Part shown: positions 19,286-29,875 of the stretch, one piece after another
Layout: each line of letters opens with the position of its first letter
Numbering within the stretch: the stretch's first letter is position 1
Assembly: GCA_964563105.1 (NCBI GenBank)
Contig: CAZLXM010000002.1
Location: 41,716 to 105,715, forward strand
Origin: an uncultured Bacteroidaceae bacterium
GTDB taxonomy: Bacteria > Bacteroidota > Bacteroidia > Bacteroidales > GCA-2748055
Reading direction: 5' to 3'
DNA length: 64,000 nt
Program-made: the position numbers and the translations under genes
Notes under the pieces: generated by a model
Told to the model about the DNA's origin: nothing
What the model saw: only the letters and a program-made list of their open reading frames with translations
Database searches by the model: none

Positions 19286-20101
19286 ATGCAATATGACCCG
19301 ATAAAAAATAGCTTAGGGAAAATAGTTAATAAAAACATCTTCTTTCGTAAAGCTTTTTATATACTATTGGATATTCTGTTATTAAGGAGCTGGCATATTA
19401 GAAAAGAAATAAACAGAATTATTAATGAAATCCCCGAAGAAGCAATGATCCTTGATGCCGGCTCCGGATTTGGCCAGTATTCCTATTATCTGGCCAGAAA
19501 ATTTAAAAAAGCAAAAATTAATGCAGTTGATATTAAACAGGAACAGATTGACGATTGTAATTCATTCATATTAACTGCAGGGCTTTCGGAAAGAGTTTCT
19601 TTCAGAACTGTTGACCTGACAAAATTTGATGAAAACAACATATATGATCTTGTTTTGTCTGTAGATGTAATGGAGCATATAGAAAATGACACAGATGTTT
19701 TTCAAAGATTATATAATGCAATGAATGAAAATGGCATACTTCTGATATCAACCCCGTCTGATCTGGGTGGTTCAGATGTTCATGATGAAACTGAAAGCTC
19801 ATTTATAGATGAACATGTTAGAAATGGATATAATATCAAAGAAATAGAAAGCAAGCTGAATAATGCAGGCTTTTCAAAAATGATCAGTCGCTACTCTTAT
19901 GGGAAACCCGGAAAATTATCCTGGAAATTATCCATGAAATATTCAATAATTATGTTAAACTCATCAAAGCTTTTTTATATCTTTCTTCCTTTATATTATT
20001 TAATAGTATTTCCTTTATGTCTTATTTTGAATTTTATGGATGTGAATATGTATCACATTGAAGGAACCGGATTAATAGTAAAAGCATATAAAAAGAGTTA
20101 A
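19286..20101 (+). CDS. Class I SAM-dependent methyltransferase with C-terminal membrane segment
   Basis: Motif I 'ILDAGSGFGQYSYYLA' and post-I 'INAVDI'. The hydrophobic tail is 'LFYIFLPLYYLIVFPLCLILNF'. Confidence 0.7.
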   Translation: MQYDPIKNSLGKIVNKNIFFRKAFYILLDILLLRSWHIRKEINRIINEIPEEAMILDAGSGFGQYSYYLARKFKKAKINAVDIKQEQIDDCNSFILTAGLSERVSFRTVDLTKFDENNIYDLVLSVDVMEHIENDTDVFQRLYNAMNENGILLISTPSDLGGSDVHDETESSFIDEHVRNGYNIKEIESKLNNAGFSKMISRYSYGKPGKLSWKLSMKYSIIMLNSSKLFYIFLPLYYLIVFPLCLILNFMDVNMYHIEGTGLIVKAYKKS

Positions 20102-21316
20102 ATGAATTTCCCCTTTTATATAGCTAAACGATATCTTGCAGCCAGAAAAACCAGGAATGCTGTAAATGTAATTTCTCTGGTATCCGTATTGGGAGTTGCC
20201 ACAGGAACAATGGCCCTTGTTGTAGTATTATCAGTATTTAACGGATTTGATGGTTTGATCAAATCGCTGATAAGCTCATTCGATCCTGATATTAAAATAA
20301 TATCAAAGGAAGGAAAAGTGTTTCACCCTTCAGAAGCAAATAATGACCGCATTCTGGAAATTCCGGGTGTAGTGGCAGTCTCCGAAGTCCTTGAAGAAAA
20401 AGCCCTCCTGCGTTACGATGAAAGACAATATATTGCCACAATAAAAGGTGTTGATAGTAATTATACCCATGTTAACGGAATAGATACCATGATTATTGAC
20501 GGGGATTTTTCTCTTTATAAAAATAATATCCCTATGGTGGTACTGGGGCAGGGAGTCGCATGGTCACTAAAGGTAGGTCTTACATTTACTAACCCTCTGA
20601 TAATTTATATGCCGAAAAGAACAACGAAAGTAAACCCTGCTAATCCGGCAGCATCTTTTAACCGTTTCCTGATATGGCCGTCGGGGGTCTTTAGTATTGA
20701 ACAGGACTATGATTCAAAATATATTATTCTTCCAATAAGCTCTGTAAGGGATTTACTTGATTATCCAAAAGAAGTAAGTGCACTCGAAATTAAAATATCA
20801 AAAAATGAGGACCTTAAAATTATTCAAAATAATATTCAAAATCTTGCAGGGAACAATTTTCAGGTGTTAAACCGCTATCAACAAAATGAACTTTTCTATA
20901 GAATTATGAAATCAGAAAAATGGGCAATATTTTTTATCCTTGTCTTAATCCTCCTGATTGCATCGTTTAATATCATTGCATCACTATCTATGCTTATAAT
21001 TGATAAAAAAGAAGATATATCAATATTACAAAAACTGGGAGCAAATAATTCATTAATACGGAAAATTTTTCTGATAGAAGGATGGCTCATCTCAATTATA
21101 GGTTCAACATCCGGATTAATCCTTGGAATAATTATTTGTTTTATTCAGGATAAATTTGAGCTGGTTAAACTCGGAGGAAGCGGTTCATTTGTCATTGATG
21201 CTTATCCTGTTGATATCCAAATCCCCGATATACTGCTTATATGGTTAACCGTAATGCTTATTGGATTCGTTACAGCATATTATCCTGTAAAAAAAATCAA
21301 AATTGTTAATAAATAG
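20102..21316 (+). CDS. FtsX-like (LolC/E-family) ABC transporter permease
   Basis: 404 aa with an N-terminal TM helix, a large periplasmic loop and a C-terminal FtsX 3-TM module (KWAIFFILVLILLIASFNIIASL...). TAAATG junction with the upstream gene. Confidence 0.8.
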   Translation: MNFPFYIAKRYLAARKTRNAVNVISLVSVLGVATGTMALVVVLSVFNGFDGLIKSLISSFDPDIKIISKEGKVFHPSEANNDRILEIPGVVAVSEVLEEKALLRYDERQYIATIKGVDSNYTHVNGIDTMIIDGDFSLYKNNIPMVVLGQGVAWSLKVGLTFTNPLIIYMPKRTTKVNPANPAASFNRFLIWPSGVFSIEQDYDSKYIILPISSVRDLLDYPKEVSALEIKISKNEDLKIIQNNIQNLAGNNFQVLNRYQQNELFYRIMKSEKWAIFFILVLILLIASFNIIASLSMLIIDKKEDISILQKLGANNSLIRKIFLIEGWLISIIGSTSGLILGIIICFIQDKFELVKLGGSGSFVIDAYPVDIQIPDILLIWLTVMLIGFVTAYYPVKKIKIVNK

Positions 21317-21494
21317 TAATATAAATCAATAAGATTCTGTTTTTTACAAATAACATTTCCAATATCTTTACTTTTTATAAAAATAAGAAAGGTATTACAG
21401 ATCAGGCAAATTCTATTTAACACTTTTCTGTAACCGGATTTTAAATTATTTCGTACAATCATTTGATTAACAGTATATCTGAAATTGTTTTTAA

Positions 21495-24400
21495 ATGAAA
21501 AAGATACTACATATAAGTCTTGTTTTCAGTCTTTTCCTAATTAATACATATATTCTTGCACAACCAACAATAATAAGCGTAACAGCCACGTCAACTGATT
21601 GTCACGGAAGTCAAAGCGGTAGTATTACATTTGCGGTTACCGGAGGGAAAAAGCCATATTACTATTACATAATAAAAGGCGGGGAAACACAATCTTCTCC
21701 ACAAACTAATGATACAATTTATACCTTCTACAATGTATCAGCAGGGATATATTTATGCATTGTAGAAGATAATAACTCATTGAATGATTTCAGAAACCGG
21801 ACTGTTAGTGAGCCGGACCCCATAAAAATTACTTCTGTTAAACAAACTCCGATAACTTGTGCAGGCTATGACGATGGTAAACTGGAATTAACAGCCTCCG
21901 GTGAATCGGGAAGTTATAATTTTTTACTTAGACCTTCTGATCTGTCAACCGGTACAGGTTCATTCGATATGCTGATGCCCGGGAGCTACCGGGTAATTGT
22001 ATCAGATGCATCGGGTTGTCAGAGTAAAGACAGCACCAACTTAATTGTTTTTAACGATCCATTGCCTATTACAATTACAAGTGAAAATGCAAGTGACCTG
22101 AGTTGTTTTAATTCCAATAATGGAAAAATAAGTGTTTCTGCTACCGGTGGGACAGGAACACTTGAATATATATTAAATCCGGGAGGGACCTCAAATAATA
22201 ACGGGAACTTTAACGACCTGACAAAAGGTACTTATACTGTTCAGGTTACTGATATTAATGGCTGCCCCGGCGCTGTCAGTAATAGTATTACAATAAATGA
22301 ACCTTTACCCCTGGTGTTCAGTTCACAAAACAAAACAGATGCTTCCTGCTCAGGGATCAATGATGGAGTGATCAATGTAAGTGCATCAGGAGGGAATACC
22401 CCATATATTTTCACCTTAAGCCCCGGAGGAATAACTAACTCCCACGGAAACTTCATTGGCCTGTCTCCGGGAACATATACAGTCAGCCTAACTGACTCTA
22501 ATTCATGCGGGCCGGTGATCAGTAACGAATTTTTAATATCACAACCTGTAGCTATAACTATCGACAATATCATATCAAAAAATATAAGCTGCCATAACCA
22601 GAATAATGGTGAAATTAATGTAATCGCATCCGGTGGAAATGCGCCTCTCAGATACACTTTAAATCCTGGCGGAATAACACAGGCTACCGGAAACTTTGGC
22701 GGACTGGCAGCCGGTTTTTATACAGTTACTGTTTCAGACACAAAAGGATGTACTCCGGCTTCAACAAGTCCTATAATTATTGCTAATCCACCGCCTATAA
22801 CAATTGTAAATCAAACCGTAAATCAAATATCCTGTAATGGTGAGATGAACGGGTCAATTAGTGTAAATGCGCAGGGAGGGACAGGGGCCCTTCAATATAC
22901 CCTGAACCCTGGTAATATCACCAATTCTAATGGAAATTTCAATAATCTTGGCCCGGGGATATATACAATCATTGTAAGGGATGCAAACAACTGTCCGCAG
23001 GCATCTACAGGTCCGATCCAAATTACGGAACCTGCTAAAATTTCAGTTAGCGTTAATACTTCTTCTTCACTTAACCTGGCATGCTATGGAGATAATAATG
23101 GAACTATAAATATTAATGTATCAGGAGGCACAGCCCCTTATTCTTTTGCCTGGACAGGACCAAACGGATTTAGCGCCTCAACACAAAATATTAGTGCTGC
23201 TTCAGCCGGTAATTACAACCTCACTGTAACCGACTCCAAATCCTGTGTTGTTTCCTATACACCAATCGCAACCATATCACAGCCGGAACAATTACAGATA
23301 ACATTCTCTAAAGCTGATGTTACATGCCATGGAGATACTGACGGTTCCGTTACTGTCAATGTTTCAGGAGGAAGGCCCGGATATACATATTCCACAGATG
23401 GAATTAATTATCAAACATCAAATTTGATCTCCTCTTTAGCAGCTAATAATTATACAATATATGTCAAAGACAATAATTCCTGCATTGTTTCAAACACTGT
23501 TACAATTAATGAACCTGATGAATTAAAAATTTCTTCTGAGACAAAAACAGATGGTAATTTATGTTTTGGCAATTCAATGGGAGAAATAAGAATTACAGGG
23601 GTTAGTGGCGGAAATCCCCCTTATGGATATTCAATTGACGGAGGATTGAATTTTTCTGCCAGTTCTCTTTTTACAAATCTTCCTGCAGGAACATATCAAA
23701 CAGTTGTAAAAGACAGCAAAGGATGTATTGTAAACGGTAATTTGAATGTTATAAATGAACCGGCAGCTATTCATATAGATAATTTTACCCGGAATAATGT
23801 TAGCGGATGTTATGGTAATAATAACGGACAAATTAATATCTCTGCATCTGGGGGGACCGGAATAATAAAATACCGTATTAATAACGGGCCCCTTCAAACA
23901 TCCGGTGTTTTTAGTGCTTTGAAAGCAGATAATTATTTTATTGAAATAATTGATGAGAATAATTGTATTAAAGATACTACTGTCGTTATTACCCAGCCTT
24001 CCGCCATACGGATCATTTCTTTTTCCAAAACAAATGTTAGCGGCTGTGCCGGTAATACTAACGGAATTATTAATGTAAGCGCCACAGGGGGAACAGGAAG
24101 TTTGCAATATCGGCTTAATAGCAACCCATATCAGGGCAGCGGCAATTTTACCGGTTTGAGTGCCGGGAATTATACACTTACAATAAGGGATCAAAATAAC
24201 TGTTTAAAAGATACTGCTTTCCGTATCTCAGAACCGGCCCCGTTAACGGCCACTATAACAAGTTCTGTATATATCAACGAATATTATAAAGGAAGTATTA
24301 ACATTACTAATGTTACAGGTGGTACAGGCAGCTATCTCTATTCCATTACCGGAATGACAGGCCCTTTCACTACTACAACAAACTATACCGGTCTTAATGC

Positions 24401-25670
24401 AGGCACATATACTGTTGTGGTCAGAGACCAGAATAATTGTATATACTCCAAAACAATTGAAATTACACAAATGCCCCCGTTAAATGTGATAGTTACACCT
24501 GCAAATCCTTTATGTAACGGGTCTGCTAGTGGAAAAATCAAGATTACCGTTACAAATGCCTCAGGTGATATCGCATATTCCATTGATGATAGTGTAAGCT
24601 GGCATACGAATAATGAATTTAATGATCTGCCAGCCGGAACATATAAGGTTGCTGTCCGTGAAGGATCAGGAAGATATTTTAAAAGCGAAGTTATTTTAAA
24701 ATATCCTCCTCCAATCATGGTTTCAAGTAATGTTACACCCGCCGGCTGCAATGCATTCAGCCCTGATGGATCTGCTATTATTTCAGTTAGCGGAGGAACA
24801 GGCGTTAAAACGTTTAAATGGTCAGACGGGCCAACAACAAAAGACAGAATGAATATCAATTCGGGCAACTATTTACTGTCAACAACCGATGCTAATGGAT
24901 GCGAGATAACAACTCCGGTGTTTGTCCCGGCACAAACCTATGTATTTGCTAATGCAGGTGTGGATACAACCGTATGTGCAGGCAGCACAATTACATTAAA
25001 TGGTAAGGGAGGATTAACTTATTCATGGTCACCGGCTGCAGGCTTAAGTAATCCAAATATTGCCAATCCTTCGGTAACTATCAGCCAAAACAGCATATTT
25101 ATTCTTACAACTACCGGTGAGAATAACTGCTATAATATGGATACAGTAATTGTAAATATTTATCCAAATTTAGGGCTGTTTGCCGGAAGTGATACTGCTA
25201 TACTTATAAACCACTCAATTAACCTGAATGCCACCGGAGGGCCTTTTCAGACTTATCGGTGGACACCATCTGCCGGATTGAATAACCCTAATATAGCCAA
25301 CCCTGTAGCAAGCCCCAGGACAACACAGGCCTATATAGTTCATGGTGTAGATGAACACGGATGTATAGAAAGTGATACAATTAAAATTACAGTTATTGAA
25401 GAAATAGTAATTTATAATTCTTTCTCTCCAAATGATGATGGAATTAATGATTACTGGGATATTGATAATGCTGAATATTATCCTGATATTATTGTTGAAG
25501 TATATAATCGCTGGGGAGAGAAAATGTTCAGCTCAAAAGGATATACTTCGGAAAAACGTTGGAATGGTAATTATAACGGACAAAAAGTCCCGATTGGGAC
25601 CTATTACTACGTTGTTATTCCATATAGTGGTGCAAAACCACTTACCGGACCCTTAACAATTATTAGATAA
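21495..25670 (+). CDS. SprB-repeat cell-surface adhesin with T9SS type-B (gliding-associated) C-terminal sorting domain
   Basis: 1391 aa with a signal peptide. By my count there are 14 units of ~80-85 aa of the form 'C.G..NG.I.V.A.GGT.P..Y.L'. Two 'AGxD..VCAG...L.A.GG..Y.W.PA.GLSNPNIANP' modules follow. The C-terminus is 'FSPNDDGINDYW...VYNRWGEKMF...WNG...G..VP.GTYYYV'. Confidence 0.85.
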   Translation: MKKILHISLVFSLFLINTYILAQPTIISVTATSTDCHGSQSGSITFAVTGGKKPYYYYIIKGGETQSSPQTNDTIYTFYNVSAGIYLCIVEDNNSLNDFRNRTVSEPDPIKITSVKQTPITCAGYDDGKLELTASGESGSYNFLLRPSDLSTGTGSFDMLMPGSYRVIVSDASGCQSKDSTNLIVFNDPLPITITSENASDLSCFNSNNGKISVSATGGTGTLEYILNPGGTSNNNGNFNDLTKGTYTVQVTDINGCPGAVSNSITINEPLPLVFSSQNKTDASCSGINDGVINVSASGGNTPYIFTLSPGGITNSHGNFIGLSPGTYTVSLTDSNSCGPVISNEFLISQPVAITIDNIISKNISCHNQNNGEINVIASGGNAPLRYTLNPGGITQATGNFGGLAAGFYTVTVSDTKGCTPASTSPIIIANPPPITIVNQTVNQISCNGEMNGSISVNAQGGTGALQYTLNPGNITNSNGNFNNLGPGIYTIIVRDANNCPQASTGPIQITEPAKISVSVNTSSSLNLACYGDNNGTININVSGGTAPYSFAWTGPNGFSASTQNISAASAGNYNLTVTDSKSCVVSYTPIATISQPEQLQITFSKADVTCHGDTDGSVTVNVSGGRPGYTYSTDGINYQTSNLISSLAANNYTIYVKDNNSCIVSNTVTINEPDELKISSETKTDGNLCFGNSMGEIRITGVSGGNPPYGYSIDGGLNFSASSLFTNLPAGTYQTVVKDSKGCIVNGNLNVINEPAAIHIDNFTRNNVSGCYGNNNGQINISASGGTGIIKYRINNGPLQTSGVFSALKADNYFIEIIDENNCIKDTTVVITQPSAIRIISFSKTNVSGCAGNTNGIINVSATGGTGSLQYRLNSNPYQGSGNFTGLSAGNYTLTIRDQNNCLKDTAFRISEPAPLTATITSSVYINEYYKGSINITNVTGGTGSYLYSITGMTGPFTTTTNYTGLNAGTYTVVVRDQNNCIYSKTIEITQMPPLNVIVTPANPLCNGSASGKIKITVTNASGDIAYSIDDSVSWHTNNEFNDLPAGTYKVAVREGSGRYFKSEVILKYPPPIMVSSNVTPAGCNAFSPDGSAIISVSGGTGVKTFKWSDGPTTKDRMNINSGNYLLSTTDANGCEITTPVFVPAQTYVFANAGVDTTVCAGSTITLNGKGGLTYSWSPAAGLSNPNIANPSVTISQNSIFILTTTGENNCYNMDTVIVNIYPNLGLFAGSDTAILINHSINLNATGGPFQTYRWTPSAGLNNPNIANPVASPRTTQAYIVHGVDEHGCIESDTIKITVIEEIVIYNSFSPNDDGINDYWDIDNAEYYPDIIVEVYNRWGEKMFSSKGYTSEKRWNGNYNGQKVPIGTYYYVVIPYSGAKPLTGPLTIIR

Positions 25671-26564
25671 ATGAACCGGGTAGTTTTAATATTATTCATA
25701 ACCTTGATTGGTGTAATTAAAAGCTCTGCACAGCAGAATCCTCATTATACTCAGTATATGTTTAATGATTTTATTATTAATCCTGCTGTTGCCGGGACAA
25801 AAGACTTTTACCAGATAAGGTCAAATCATCGCTTTCAGTGGATTGGAATTGTTGATCCGCCATTAACTAATACCTTAAGTGTTTATGGCCCGCATGCAAG
25901 ATTAAATATGGGTTTTGGAGGATATTTCTATAATGATGTTACCGGGCCTACCAGTAGAACCGGACTTTCGGGAAGCTATGCCTATAATATTGAATTACAA
26001 AATGATATACGCTTATCTATGGGATTGTCTTTAGGTGCAATGCAATTTAAAATTGATGGCAGCCAGCTTACAGCCAAAGACCCGACAGATATAGCTATCC
26101 AGCCTGCAGTATTCTCTGCTTACGTCCCCGATGCAACCATCGGAGTATATGCTTATGCGGAAAATTTTTATGCAGGCTTTTCAGTAACCCAGCTATTCAA
26201 TAACTCTTTGAAAATTTTTGAAGAAAAAAATGGCCTGAACAAATTAAAAAGCCATTTTTATCTTACCGCAGGATATACTTATGAAATTGCTTCAGATTAT
26301 AAACTGGAACCATCTGTTATTTTAAAAAGTGCCGCTCCCGGGATCGCACAACTGGATATTACTACACGTTTTGTATATAAAGACCTTATATGGGGAGGTT
26401 TATCATTCCGCACTAAAGATGCCGTATCAGTACTTCTTGGATATATCCATGAAGAAAAATTTTATTTTGGTTATGCTTACGACATCGGAATTACCGGACT
26501 GAGAAATTATAACTCGGGAACGCATGAGCTTATGATTGGTTATAGATTTAACGACATTAAATAA
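25671..26564 (+). CDS. PorP/SprF-family T9SS membrane protein, cognate partner of the upstream adhesin
   Basis: Signal peptide is followed by 'QQNPHYTQYMFNDFIINPAVAG'. The gene starts on the nucleotide after the adhesin stop. 297 aa. Confidence 0.85.
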   Translation: MNRVVLILFITLIGVIKSSAQQNPHYTQYMFNDFIINPAVAGTKDFYQIRSNHRFQWIGIVDPPLTNTLSVYGPHARLNMGFGGYFYNDVTGPTSRTGLSGSYAYNIELQNDIRLSMGLSLGAMQFKIDGSQLTAKDPTDIAIQPAVFSAYVPDATIGVYAYAENFYAGFSVTQLFNNSLKIFEEKNGLNKLKSHFYLTAGYTYEIASDYKLEPSVILKSAAPGIAQLDITTRFVYKDLIWGGLSFRTKDAVSVLLGYIHEEKFYFGYAYDIGITGLRNYNSGTHELMIGYRFNDIK

Positions 26565-26572
26565 GCAAAAAA

Positions 26573-27157
26573 ATGGGCGTCAAAAAAGATGAAATCAGAA
26601 CCAATATAGTTGACGTGGCAAGCAAAATATTTACAAGATTTGGCTTTCGAAAAACAACCATGGAAGAAATAGCCATGGCTTCAAAAAAAGGAAAAAGCAC
26701 AATATATTACTATTTTAGCAGTAAAGAAGATATCTTTAAAGCAACAGTGGAAAAAGAAGCAGAAGAACTTAAAAATGACCTTAGCAAAACAATTAATAAC
26801 ATAGAGGACCCTATTGAAAAATTAAGAACTTTTTTACTTTTCCGAAGAGAAAAATTATCAACTCTTACAAACTATTATGCCGCCCTCAAAAGTAGTCATC
26901 TTGATCATCTTGAGTTTATAAAAAAAATGCGCAACGATTACGATAAAAACGAAATTAAAGTATTAAAAAGTATTCTTCAAACTGGTATAGACCAGGGCAA
27001 ATTCAGAGTTGAAGAGGCCGAACTGGCTGCATTAGCTATTGCAACAGCAATGAAAGGACTTGAAATACCACTGTTTATCAGAAAAGAACATGGAAATATT
27101 GAAGACAGGCTTGACAGCCTTATAAACTTTTTATTTTATGGCCTGGTAAAAAGATAA
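26573..27157 (+). CDS. TetR/AcrR-family transcriptional regulator
   Basis: N-terminal HTH 'FGFRKTTMEEIAMASKKGKSTIYYYFSSKEDIF'. 194 aa. Confidence 0.85.
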   Translation: MGVKKDEIRTNIVDVASKIFTRFGFRKTTMEEIAMASKKGKSTIYYYFSSKEDIFKATVEKEAEELKNDLSKTINNIEDPIEKLRTFLLFRREKLSTLTNYYAALKSSHLDHLEFIKKMRNDYDKNEIKVLKSILQTGIDQGKFRVEEAELAALAIATAMKGLEIPLFIRKEHGNIEDRLDSLINFLFYGLVKR

Positions 27158-27478
27158 AATCCTGAATAATTATCATTCTTTTAACGAAGGCCCTCAAAGA
27201 TACCCAATGATCAGCCTCCTGTCAATGCTGGAAACATATATACTGATCGCAGATAAATACCTGTTCAGTAATAATATTAATATTTTGAATCAGAAATTAA
27301 AAACTCTCAAAGAACAAACAGGAAGAAATAACAGCGAATGCTAATTCTTATATAAACATTAAAGGGATAAGGCAGTATTTCTTAATAATGCAGATTTTTT
27401 CATATTTTTAAGCTCATATTACAATTGACAGACTGATAAATGGCTGTATATATGCATTTTAAGAAATATTAGCTAATT

Positions 27479-29110
27479 ATGAAACATAAAATCCTTTACA
27501 CTTTACTAATCATTCTTTGTGTCTTTGTATATGTTACGGGCCTTTTTCCTGATGTGGGAATTGATTCAGGTAAATATGCCGCAGTAAGCAGACATATGTA
27601 CGAAAGCGGGGACTTAATCCACCTCAAAATACATGACGAACCTTATATGCAGAAACCACTGCTCTTTTTCTGGTTATCTTCTTTATCATTTTCTGTTTTT
27701 GGATTATCAATGTTTGCATTTAAACTTCCTTCTCTCCTTTTTTCTTTCCTGGGAGTTTATTCTACCTTCCGGCTTGCAAAATTATTTTATGGTAAAAGTG
27801 TTGGAATTATTTCTGCAATAGTTTATGCTACATCACAAATGCTTTTTTTATACAGTAATGATCTGCATACAGATGCATTATTAACGGCAAACATAATTTT
27901 TGGAACGTGGCAGCTTGCTGCTTATATAAAAAACAATAAATATATCAATCTTATCCTTGGCTTCACGGGCATTGGACTGGCAATGATAACAAAGGGACCG
28001 GTTGGCCTGGCAGTTCCGGCTTTCGCAATAGGCGGACACTTAATAATAAAAAAAGAATGGAAAAAAATATTTTCATTTGACTGGCTTTTAGCTGTTCCAA
28101 TTCTTGCAATTATTCTTTATCCGACCCTGAAAGGTATTTATGACCAATTTGGCCCGGAAGGCATTCGCTTTTATTTCCTGACAAATAATATAGGCAGAAT
28201 AACAGGAAAATATAGCGGGACCAGTACAGATTATTTTTTCTATTTCCATACAATCATCTATATATTTCTGCCCTGGTCACTCTATGTATTTATCGCATTT
28301 TTTGTAAATGCAGGAAATTTAAAACATAAAAATAAAAGACATGTTAAAAGAACAGAATATATGACTTATTCCGCAATTATTATTTATGTTTTCATTCTTT
28401 CCATATCCAGGCAAAAAGCTCCGCATTACCTTTTCCCGCTAATTCCGTTTCTTTCAATAATTACAGCAGATCTTATTAATAAGGTTGCAAAAATTGATTC
28501 CATGAAAAGAATATATAATTTAATGAAAGTATTCCGGACAGCAATAATTATACTAGTTTGGACGCTGATTTTAGCAGTACTTTTTTATGTCTTTCCCACA
28601 ACTAATTTATTTATCCGGATACCACTGACAATAATATTTTTATTACTGATTTTTTCTTTCAGCCCGCGTTTTACAAAAAAGGAAGCTCTGATAATACCAC
28701 TGGTTATCACTTCAATCGGGATAAATTTTGTTATTAATGCACATTTTATGCCTTCAGCATTTGAGTATAACGGCGCCATCCAGGCATCACGCAGTTTTAA
28801 CGAGCTGGCTGCAGAAAATGATAAGCTATACACTTATGAATATAACCTGTTTGAAACTTATTTTTATCCTAAGAATGTATCTGTCAGAATTTATAATACA
28901 GATGAATTAAAACAGGCATTAAACGGTTCTGATGTATGGTTTATTACAACACAGGAAGGATATGAGGAAATTATGGAAATTGCAGGAAACAGGATCGCTT
29001 ATGAAAGTTCTTTTCTATCCAGGAAAATATCGGAATTAAATTTCAATTTCTTCAATCCCTCATTAAGAGAAAAGGATATGAAAAATCTTTACCTGCTAAA
29101 AATTATCTGA
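27479..29110 (+). CDS. ArnT/PMT-like glycosyltransferase family 39 membrane protein
   Basis: 543 aa with >10 TM segments. The N-terminal loop 'DSGKYAAVSRHMYESGDLIHLKIHDEPYMQKPLLFFWL' is typical of GT39/ArnT-like enzymes. Confidence 0.7.
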   Translation: MKHKILYTLLIILCVFVYVTGLFPDVGIDSGKYAAVSRHMYESGDLIHLKIHDEPYMQKPLLFFWLSSLSFSVFGLSMFAFKLPSLLFSFLGVYSTFRLAKLFYGKSVGIISAIVYATSQMLFLYSNDLHTDALLTANIIFGTWQLAAYIKNNKYINLILGFTGIGLAMITKGPVGLAVPAFAIGGHLIIKKEWKKIFSFDWLLAVPILAIILYPTLKGIYDQFGPEGIRFYFLTNNIGRITGKYSGTSTDYFFYFHTIIYIFLPWSLYVFIAFFVNAGNLKHKNKRHVKRTEYMTYSAIIIYVFILSISRQKAPHYLFPLIPFLSIITADLINKVAKIDSMKRIYNLMKVFRTAIIILVWTLILAVLFYVFPTTNLFIRIPLTIIFLLLIFSFSPRFTKKEALIIPLVITSIGINFVINAHFMPSAFEYNGAIQASRSFNELAAENDKLYTYEYNLFETYFYPKNVSVRIYNTDELKQALNGSDVWFITTQEGYEEIMEIAGNRIAYESSFLSRKISELNFNFFNPSLREKDMKNLYLLKII

Positions 29111-29142
29111 TCATTCTTATTGTTTCAAAAAGCAGCAGGGAT

Positions 29143-29757
29143 TTATTCTTTTTTTTCGGCAAAAAACCACTTTTGAAAGATCAAAATTATAAATACCCCT
29201 ACTGTAATTGAAGAGTCGGCAATATTAAATACAGGTCTGAAAAATTCAAATGGCTGTCCCCCAAAAAAAGGGAACCAGCCCGGATAATGCCCTTTTATAA
29301 TAGGGAAATAAAACATATCCACAACTTTTCCATGCAGGAAGGATGAGTAACCACCACCTTCGGGGAACATAACAGCTAATGAATAGGGGGTTGATCCTGA
29401 AAAGATCATTCCATAAAATAAACTGTCAATTATATTTCCGATTGCACCGGCCATAACCATTGACACAGATATTACAAGTCCCGGATGTGAATCATTTTTT
29501 ATTAAATGAAATAGATAAAAGCCAATCCCGCTAACAGCTACAATTCGGAATAAACTAAGTGTCATCTTTCCATAATTTCCCGGAATATCAATTCCAAAAG
29601 CCATTCCATTATTTTCAATAAACTTTATTATAAACCAATTTCCGATAATATGCAAGTCATGATACAATAGCATATTGGTTTTAACAATAATTTTTAAAAC
29701 CTGATCTATAATAAGTATCACGATTATTGTTAATAAAGCTTTACGTCCCAAAGTCAT
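29143..29757 (-). CDS. lspA: Lipoprotein signal peptidase (signal peptidase II)
   Basis: Motifs 'NNGMAFG', 'GAIGNIIDS' and 'FNIADSSI'. Lies downstream of ileS in the classical arrangement. Confidence 0.9.
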   Translation of the reverse strand: MTLGRKALLTIIVILIIDQVLKIIVKTNMLLYHDLHIIGNWFIIKFIENNGMAFGIDIPGNYGKMTLSLFRIVAVSGIGFYLFHLIKNDSHPGLVISVSMVMAGAIGNIIDSLFYGMIFSGSTPYSLAVMFPEGGGYSSFLHGKVVDMFYFPIIKGHYPGWFPFFGGQPFEFFRPVFNIADSSITVGVFIILIFQKWFFAEKKE

Positions 29758-29875
29758 AATTAAAGTTTCATTTTCCCGCCGGGGTAAGGTTGGATATAAA
29801 ATTTATATATCTCCTTTATCATCTAAGATTATACTATATGTGGTAATTTTAAGGCATTCTTATGTTAATAAGATA

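Noticed and set aside
22241-24868. Long antisense ORFs inside the SprB-repeat adhesin gene (22241..22657, 23631..24194, 23933..24124, 24243..24470, 24383..24868, minus strand)
   Set aside because: They lie fully within a strongly supported 1391-aa gene. Their products are low-complexity with no motifs. Repetitive Gly/Thr/Asn-rich coding sequence naturally leaves the antisense frames free of stops.
27207-27347. 46-aa ORF (MISLLSMLETYILIADKYLF...) in the 320-nt gap after the TetR gene
   Set aside because: It is short, with no recognisable motif, no TAnnTTTG box upstream and no conservation evidence available. It could be a remnant or a chance ORF.
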